A DNA stretch of 64,000 nucleotides from the human T2T-CHM13v2.0 reference genome, Homo sapiens, in NCBI RefSeq assembly GCF_009914755.1, contig NC_060933.1; one strand, given 5' to 3'. Below the pieces are notes generated by a model, which was not told the origin of the DNA, did not search any database, and saw nothing but the letters and a program-made list of their open reading frames with translations. Below are positions 47,471-64,000 of the stretch, in pieces. Position 1 is the stretch's first letter, and each line of letters begins with the position of its first letter. A program made the position numbers and the translations under genes.

Positions 47471-48473
47471 GGTCTGACCCAGCACAGTCCTAGTTGTGGT
47501 GGCCACAGGCTTGCTTGTTTCACCACACCCCCAGCCTCAGATGGCTCAGCATAGAGAGACTCTGTTTGGGAGAAAGTAAGGGAAGAGAACAAGAGTTTCT
47601 GCCTGGTAATCCAGATAATTCTTCTGGATCTTAGCCATAGAGTTACCAAGGTGGTTGGGGCGTCCCTTAATGCAGATATGGCTACAGTGATCAAAAACAT
47701 AGTATCACAACACCCAAATCCCTTTGAATAATTAGAAAGTCTTCCCAAGAAGGATGGGTATGAACAAGCCCAAACTGAGAAGACTACAATAAATACCTAA
47801 CTCTTCAATGCCTAATGCACTGGTGAACATTTGCAACCATCAAGACCATCCAGGAAAACATGACCTCACCAAATGAATGAAATAAGGCACCAGGGACCAA
47901 TCCCAGAGAGAAAGAAGTATGTGACTTTTCAGACAGAGAATTCAAAATAGCTGTTTTGAGGAAACTCAAATAAATTCAATATAACACAGAGAAAAAATTC
48001 AGAATTCTATCAGATAAATGTAACAAAGAAATTGGTATAATTAAAAAGAATCAAGTAGACATTCTCAAGTTGAAAAACACAATTGACATACTGAGGAATG
48101 CATCTGTCTCTTAATTGTAGAATTGATCAAGCAGAAGAAAGAATTAGTGAGCTTAAAAACAGGCTACTTAAAAATACATAACCAGGGGAGACAAAAGAAA
48201 AAAGAATGAAATACAATGAAGCATGCCTACAAGATCTAGAAAATACCCTCAAAAGGGCAAATCTAAGGGTTATCGGTCTGAAAGAGGCGATAGAGAGATA
48301 CATATAGAAGTTTCTTCAAAGGCATAGTAACAAAGAACTCCCCAAACCTAGAGAAAGACATCAATATTCAAGTACAAGAAAGTTATAGAATACCAAGCAA
48401 ATTTAACCCAAAGAAGACTACCTCAAGGCATTTAATAATCAAACTCCTTAAAGTCAAGGATATATAAAGGATC

Positions 48474-48592
48474 CAGCCAGGTGTGGTGGCTCACACCTCT
48501 AATCTGAGCACCTTGAAAGGCCAAGGTGGGAGGATTGCTTGAGGTCAGGAGTTCAAGACCAGCCTGGGCAACACAGTGAGACCCTGTCTCAA
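48474..48592 (+). mobile_element. FLAM / Alu left monomer
   Basis: Left arm, TSD aaaggatcc. Confidence 0.8.
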
Positions 48593-48813
48593 TTTTTTTT
48601 TTCTGTTCAGTTCTCTTGTTATTCATTCTTTTTTTTTTTTTTAATTTTACTTTAAGTTCTGGGATACATGTGCAGAATGTGCAGGTTTGTTACATAGGTA
48701 TACATGTGCCATGGTGGCTTGCTGCACCTATCAACCTGTTATCTAGGTTTTAAGCCCCACATGCATTAGGTATTTGTCCTAATGCTCTCCCTCCCCTTGC
48801 CCCCCATCCCCCG
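48593..48813 (-). mobile_element. Short 5'-truncated L1PA 3' end with candidate 3' transduction
   Basis: ttaagttctgggatacatgtgcagaatgtgcagg; TSD ctgtctcaa. Confidence 0.85.
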
Positions 48814-49290
48814 CTGTCTCAACTTTTAAAATAAAAAGGAAAGGATCCTAAAACACCAAGAGAAAAGGAACAACATGTAATGGAGCTCCAATATGTTTGG
48901 CAGGGCAGCAGACTTTTCAGTGGAAACCTTACAGGGCAGGAGAGAATAATATGACATATTTGAAGTGCTGAAGGAAAAAAACTTTTACCCTAGAATAGTA
49001 TATCTAGCAAAAATATCCTTCACACATGAAGGAGAATTAAACACTTTCCCAGGCAAACAAAAGCTGAGGAATTTCATCAATACCAGACCTGTCCTACAAG
49101 AAATGCTTCAGTCTAAAAGAAAAGAACATTAATGAGCAGCAAAAAATGATCCAAATGTACAAAACTTACTGGTAATTGTAACTACACAGAAAAACACAGA
49201 TGAAACAATCAAAAATAATAACTCCAACAACTTTTCAAGACATAGTACAATAAGAAATAGAAACAACAACAAAGTTAAAAAGCAGGGTAT

Positions 49291-49519
49291 TGGTGGATCA
49301 CTTGAGGCCAAGAGTTTGAGACCAGACTGATCAACATGGTGAAACCCTGTCTCCACTAAAAATACAAAAATTGACTGGCTGGTGCATGCCTGTAGTCCCA
49401 GCTACTTAGGAGGGTGTGGCATGAGAATTGCTTGAACCCAGGAGGCAGAGGTTGCAGTGAGCCAAGACTACGCCACTGCACTCCAGTCTGGGTGACAGAG
49501 CAAGACTCTATCTCAAAAA

Positions 49520-49566
<47 letters not shown>
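49291..49566 (+). mobile_element. 5'-truncated AluS with (AAAT)n tail
   Basis: Tetranucleotide tail at ~49516-49566. Confidence 0.85.
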
Positions 49567-50028
49567 AGTGGGGGTATGAAGTTAAAATACAGAGTTTTTG
49601 TTAGTTTTCCCTTTGCATGTTTATTAGTTTATTTATGCAATCAGTGTTATAATCAGTTTAAAATAATGTTATAAGATATTATTTGCAAGTCTCATAGTAA
49701 CTTAAAATCAGAAAAACATACAATAGATACACAAAAAACAGGAAGCAAGAAATTAAAACATACAACCAGAGGAAATCATTTTCAATAAGAGGAAGACAGA
49801 AAGAAGGGAAAAAAGGAAGACAATACCACAAAACAACCAGAAAACAAATTTTTTAAAAATGACAGGAGTAAGTCTTTATTATGGACTTAGTATTTTACTA
49901 TGTTATTATCCATAATAACATTGAATGTGAATGGACTAAACTCTTCAATCAAAAGACATGGAGTGGCTGAATCAATAAAAAAACAAGACCCAGTGATTTG
50001 TTGCCTACAAAAAAACACACTTCACCTA

Positions 50029-50410
<382 letters not shown>

Positions 50411-53400
50411 AGAGTAGGAGTAGCTATCCTTATATCAGACAAAATAGATTTGAAGACAAAAACTGTAAAAAGAGACAAAGAAGGTCATTATATAATAATG
50501 AAGGGGCCAATTCAGCAAGAGATATGGCAATTGTAAATATATATTCACCCAATACTGGGGCACCCAGATATATAAACAAATATTATTAGAGCTAAAGAGA
50601 GAGATAGATCCCAGTATAATAATAGCTGGAGACTTTAACACCCCACTTTCAGCATTAAACAAATCATCCAGACAGAAAATCAACAAAGAAAAATCAGACT
50701 TAATATGCACTATAGACCAAATGGACCTCTAATGGATATTTATAGAACATTTTACCCACTGGCTGCAGAAGATACATTCTTCTCCTCAGCACATGGATCA
50801 TTCTCAAGGATAGATCATTTGTTAGGCCATAAAACAACTCTTAAAACTTAAAAAAATTGAAATAATATCAAGTATCTTCTCTGAGCACAATGGAATAAAA
50901 CTAGAACTCAATAACAAGAGAAAATTTGGAAATTATATAAACAGATGGAAATTAAATAATATGTTCCTAAATGACCAGTGGGTCAATGAAAAAAATAACA
51001 AGGAAATTATTATAAAATTTGAAACAAATGATAATGGAAACACAACATACCAAAACCTATAGGATACAGTGAAAGCAATACTAACGGGGAAGTTTATAGC
51101 TATTAGTGCCTACATCAAAAAAGTAGAAAAATTTCAGATAACCTAATGATGCATCTTAAAGAACCATAAAAGCGAAACAAAACAAAACCCAAAGTTAGTA
51201 GAAGAAAAGAAATAATAGAGTTCAGAGCAGAAATAAGTGAAATTGAAATGTAAAAAATACATAAGATCAATGAAATAAAAAGTTGACTTTTTGAAAAGAT
51301 AAACAAAATTGACAAACCTTTAGCCAGGCTAAGAAAAAAGAGAGAAGACTCACATAAAATCAGAGATGAAAAAGGAGACATTTCAACCAACACCACAGAA
51401 ATTCAAAAGATCATTAGAGGCTACTAGGGGCAACTATATGCCAATAAATGGGAAAACCTAGGAGAAATGGATAAATTCCTAGACACAAACAACTTACCAA
51501 CACTGAATCATGAAGAAATCCAAAACCTGAACAGTTCAGTAACAAGTAATGAGATCAAAGCCATAATAAAAGCCTCCCAGCAAAGAAAAGCCCAGGACCT
51601 GATAGCGTCACTGCTGAATTTTACCAAACATTTAAAGAAGAACTAATACCAATCCTACTCAAACTATTCTGAAAAATAGAGGAGGAGGGAATACTTCCAA
51701 AGTCATTCTACAAGGGCAGTATTACCCTGACACCAAAACCAGACAAAGACACATCAAAAACAGAAAACCACAGGCCAGTGTTCCTGATGAACATTACCGG
51801 AAATGTCATTAACAAAATACTAGCAAACCAAATTCAACAATGCATTGAAAAGATCATTCATCATGAACAAGTAGAATTTATCCCAGGGATACAAGGATGG
51901 TTCAACATATGCAAATCAATCAATGTGATATATCATATCAACAGAATGAAGGACCAAATCATGTGATCATTTCAATTAATGATAAGCATTTGATAAAATT
52001 TAACATCCCTTCATGATAAAAACCCTCAAAATACTGCATATAGAAGGAACATGCCTCAACATAATAAAAGCCATGTACAACAAAACCACGGCTAGTATCA
52101 TACTGAATGGGGAAAAACAAAAAGCCTTTCCTCTAGATCTGGAACATGACAAAGATGCCTGTTTTCACCATTGTACTGGAAGTCCTAGCTACAGCATCCA
52201 GGTAAGAGTAAGAAACAAAGGGCAAAAACATCAAATTATCCTTGTTTGCAGATGATATGATTCTATATTTGGAAAAACCTAGAAACTTCATCAAAAAACT
52301 ATTAGAGCTAATAAACAAATTTAGTAGTGGTAAGATACAAAATCAACATATGAAAATCAGTAGCAATTCTATATGTAATAACAATCTGAAAAAGAAATCA
52401 AGAAAGTAATCCCGCTGATAACAGCTACAAGTAAAATTAAATACCTAGGAATTAACCAGACAAGTGAAAGATCTCTATGATAAAAATTATGAAACATTGA
52501 TGAAAGAAATTGAAGAGGACACAAAAAATAAAAATATATTCCATGCTCATGTATCGAAAAGCTCCATGTTGTTAAAATGTCTATACTACCCAAAGCAATC
52601 TACAGAATCAACATAATACCTATCAAAACACCAATGACATTCTTCACAGAAATAGAAAAAACAATCCTAAAATGTATATGGAACTACAAAAGGAACAGAA
52701 TAGCCAAAGCTATCCTGAGCAAAAGAACAAAACTAGAGGAATCACATTACCTGACTTCAAATTGTACTACAGAGGTACAGTAACCAAAACAGCATGGTAC
52801 TGGCATAAAAACAGACACATGGATCAATGGAACAGAATAAACTCAGAAACAAATCCATGCATCTACAGCGAACTCATTTTTGACACAGGTGCCAAGAAAA
52901 TACGTTGGAGAAAAGACAGTCTCTTCAATAAATGCTGCTGGAAAAACTGGAAATCCATATGCAGAAGAATGAAACTAGATCCATATCTCTCACCATATAC
53001 AAAAGTCAATCGATTGGGTCTAGTTTTTAAATTTTGATTTCAAAATGTATTAAAGACTTAAATATAAGACCTCAAACCATGAAACTACATTGGGGAAACT
53101 CTCCAGGACATTGGACTGGCCAAAAATGTATGGAGTAATACTCTACAAGTACAGTCAACCAAAGCAAAAAAAGATAAATGGGATCACACTAAGTTAAAAA
53201 GCTTCCGCACGCAAAGGAAACAATCAACAAAGTGAAGAGACAACCCACAAATGGAAAAAATGTTTACAAACGATCTCTCTGATAAGAAATTAATATTTGC
53301 AAACTATTCATCTGACAAGAGCTCTGGAATATATTAGGAGCACTCTATAGGAAACAAATCAAATAATCTGATTTATAAATGGGCAAAATACCTGAACTGA

Positions 53401-54389
53401 TATTTGTCAAAAGAAGACACACCAATGGCAAACAGGTCTAAGAAAAGGTGCTCAACATAAGTGATCATCAGATAAATGAAAACCTATCTGAATGAAAATG
53501 AAAATGAAAATGAAAATCACTACAATGAGATATCGTCTTGCCCCAGTTAAAATAGTTTTTATCCAAAAGACAGGCAATAGAAATAGCTGGCAAGGATGTG
53601 GAGAAAAAGGAACCCTTGTACACTGTTGAGGGAATGTAAATTAGTAAACCACTATGGAGAATAGTTTGGAGGTTTCCCAAAAAACTAAAAATAGAACTAC
53701 CATATGACCCAGCAATCCCACTCCTAGATATACAGCCAAAAGAAAAGAAGTCAGTATATCAAAGAGGTACCTGTACTCCCGTTTATTGCAGTGCTATTCA
53801 CAATAGCCAAGATTTGGAACCAACCTAAGTGTCCATCAGCAGATGACTTGATAAAGCAAATATGGTACATACACACAACAGAGTACTAATCACCCATAAA
53901 AAACGATGAGGTTCTGTCATTTGCAACAACATGGTTGTAACTGGAAGTCATTATGTTAAGTGAAATAAGCCATGCATAGAAATACAAACTTTGTATGTTC
54001 TCACTCATTTGTGGGAGCTAAAAATGAAAACAATTGAACTCATGGAGAGAGAGAGAGTAGAATAATGGTTACCAGAGGCTGGGAGGGGTAGTTGGAGGGT
54101 TGGGGGGAAGTAGGATTGGTTAATAGGTAAAAAAATAGAAGGAATGAATGAAATCTAGTATTCGATAGCACTTCAGAGTGACTATAGTCAATAATAGTTT
54201 AATTGTATATTTAAAAGTAACTTAAAAAGCATAACTGGATTGTTTGTAAGACAAAGGATAAATGCTTGAAGTGATGGATACCCCATTTATCCTGATGTGA
54301 TTATTACACATTGTATGCCTGTATAAAAATATCTCATATATTCCATAAATATATACACTTACAATGTACCCACAAAAATAAAAAATGAA

Positions 54390-58150
<3,761 letters not shown>

Positions 58151-58160
58151 TGAGCTGCCC

Positions 58161-58610
58161 TGTAAGTATTATTAGGCCTAAAACATGCTGCCTTGATATC
58201 TTAGAACCTTAAAGGACTCCAAAGGCCTAACCATGAGTTCACCAGCTCTGCCCAGTTATGTTCACCCCCACTCACTAGTTTCTCTATCAGCTGGACCAGC
58301 TGTACCCAATCCATAGAATTGTTCAAACAAGCCAATCACATCCTCCCTGAGGCACCAACACCTCATCATGTTATTATAAAACCTGCCTCCTATGGCCCTT
58401 GTTTTTTCCCTCTTTTCCTGAGTGCAACCTCATGCGGCCCTGCATAGTGTGCGGAGTCCTCCTTCTGTGAGTGGTGAATGTACATGTGAGTAGTAAAATG
58501 CTGTCAATCTCTTCTGTCCAGTGTTGGGTGTAGGGTGTTCAGCCATCCCCAGAATCCTAAAGTGGGACCCTCTTCCTCGCCAATAAGTTGAAAAAGAGGT
58601 GAGCAGAGCA
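58161..58610 (+). mobile_element. ERV LTR relic (family not assigned)
   Basis: TG start, CCAAT, TATAAAA at ~58375, AGTAAA poly(A)-like signal at ~58492, CA end. Confidence 0.5.
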
Positions 58611-59599
58611 CCATATTACCTATCCAAACAGCTCCGGCTCCCTGCAGCTGCTGCTGCCCTCTATGTGGCTGTAACAGTTCTATCACCCGTTAGCCTGACC
58701 TCTTGCCCCCAGCAGAATCACCATGTTCTGCAAATCCTGCACCTGCTCCTGCCGGTGCACTACTTACCTCACAGATAACCTACAGCCACTGCCCTCCCAC
58801 CAAATCATTAAAACCATCTGCTGCAAACTCCTCTCCAGCAACTTGCCTGGCCTTTGTTCCTCTGCCTCAGAGCTCAGCCAAGGGCTGAGCCAAAAATAGT
58901 CTCATGTCTTTTTGCAGGGTAGGCCTTTAGCATAGGTTTATTTACTGGTTTGGGACTCATTGATGAAGGGTGCTTGTGCGGACAGGACAGTGGGATCAGT
59001 GTCTTCCTGAACAAGGGCGCATTCATGTAATGATCACAGCTAAGCCTGGCATTTCTCACGATGTGGGCATGGATCATCACATTTGCCCTTACTGCCTCGT
59101 GGTTGAGAGCGAACAGCAAACGACGGGGATGAAGTACACGAAAAGCCTCTGTGGACGCTGGAGGGCTGCACAACTATCAAGGATTCTTCTTCATTTGTTT
59201 CTAGAAAACTTGCTTTAAGCCAGACTCTGCTTTCATTATAATGCTGCAGAGCCACAATGATTGCAATAGAATTTCTTCAAGGAACTGTTCATGGCTACCA
59301 ATTCATACGTACCCATGAGTCCTATCGCCTTGTAAAGAAAAATGTGACTGACATGCCACTGGTGTGAGACTTGTCTCTCCACACAAGCCTTATGAAAGAG
59401 CTTCGCTGTGTCTCATACTCAGAAAATACTAGTGAACATCTCAAATATACCAAGGTGCCGGGGACAGAGGTGCATAGTTGCTGCGACTCAGCGGCAACAC
59501 TTTTACAGGTGAGCACCTTTGTTAATGCCCAAGAGCTAGAATTTCCAAGAAGTTGGGCAGGAAGCCCCAGAGTAGTGTCAGGCAGCAAAACCACCGGAG

Positions 59600-59730
59600 C
59601 TCACACAGCCGGTTACCGCCCGGTGCAGAAGCGTGGCGAGTAGCGGTAGACGGCAGCCAGAGACACTAGAGGGCAGCACGCCCCCACCCAATACTCCTAG
59701 TCCTGCGACGTCTCGGCCCCGCCAGGGGTC
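59600..59730. promoter_or_regulatory. CpG-retaining regulatory patch with CTCF-like motif
   Basis: ACACTAGAGGGCAGCA at 59663-59678, CCAAT at 59688-59692, GACGTC at 59707-59712, GC box at 59715-59723. Confidence 0.5.
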
Positions 59731-59733
59731 CTG

Positions 59734-60150
<417 letters not shown>

Positions 60151-60364
60151 TCAAAAAGTAGGGAAAAAATGCCATTAAGAGTATTAAAATATAATTCTTT
60201 TCCCTTTTTGCTTTGGTCTCTCTCCTCTCTCAACTTCTGGTGTTTTTTGTTATTTAATGTTGTTCTAAATAAAGGAAAATTGAAACTTTAAATAATCGGC
60301 ATGAATTTTACTATTCATCTTTATATTGCACATTGTCAGTTTTTTTTTAATAGATGGGGTATGA

Positions 60365-60545
60365 TTTATTCATTCATCCAACAAATTTTGAGCCCTTCTG
60401 TATGCCAGACACTATTCTTGATACTAGGAGTACAGAAAAGAACATACTGATATAGAGCTTACATTAAAGAAAGAGAGCAGATGATAAATAAATGGATAAA
60501 TACCGTAGTGTCAGGGAGTGATAAATGCTATGAAGAAAGATGAAG
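60365..60545 (-). mobile_element. L2 3' end
   Basis: attcattcatccaacaaat..tgagc...tatgccagacactattct. Confidence 0.7.
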
Positions 60546-60711
60546 TACCTTCTCAAATCTCTGAGACTTGGTAAGGGGAAAAAGATGTAGAACATATATG
60601 GGACACTTACTAGAATTTTTTAAAGACTTTGTGGTTGGTTGCTATTAGAGACTGGTGGTCAGGGTATGGCATGGTAGAGAGAGAGCCCTACTCATACTCT
60701 TTTGTGCTGTT

Positions 60712-64000
<3,289 letters not shown>

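Noticed and set aside
58874-59643. Cluster of 71-99 aa ORFs as a possible processed pseudogene
   Set aside because: I recognise no protein similarity and see no poly(A)/TSD pair. Kept only as a regulatory candidate.

Overview
Human genomic DNA; a human-specific AluYb8 is present. I recognise it as the 9p13.3 chemokine/SPATA31F region. Two intact minus-strand protein-coding genes can be rebuilt exon by exon with canonical GT-AG splice sites: CCL21 (4 exons, 134 aa, CDS 9092->8420) and FAM205A/SPATA31F1 (4 exons, 1335 aa, CDS 28462->22267). The rest is an orphan CpG island at the left end and a dense repeat landscape (about 35 Alus, L1M/L1MA/L1PA, L2, MIR, MaLR/ERV LTRs, hAT MER elements). This includes a solo LTR12C promoter pointing at FAM205A. 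I found no prokaryote-type system or novel gene family. The most interesting unexplained structure is: a candidate spliced + strand transcript from the CpG island; the LTR12C promoter with an anomalous but TSD-flanked end; a six-fold helix-WGLP repeat in FAM205A; a uORF overlapping the FAM205A start codon; a micro-inversion inside an L2; an L1 3' transduction; and an L1-retroposed LTR poly(A) fragment. Repeat boundaries are approximate and subfamily calls come from recognising consensus motifs, not from a search.
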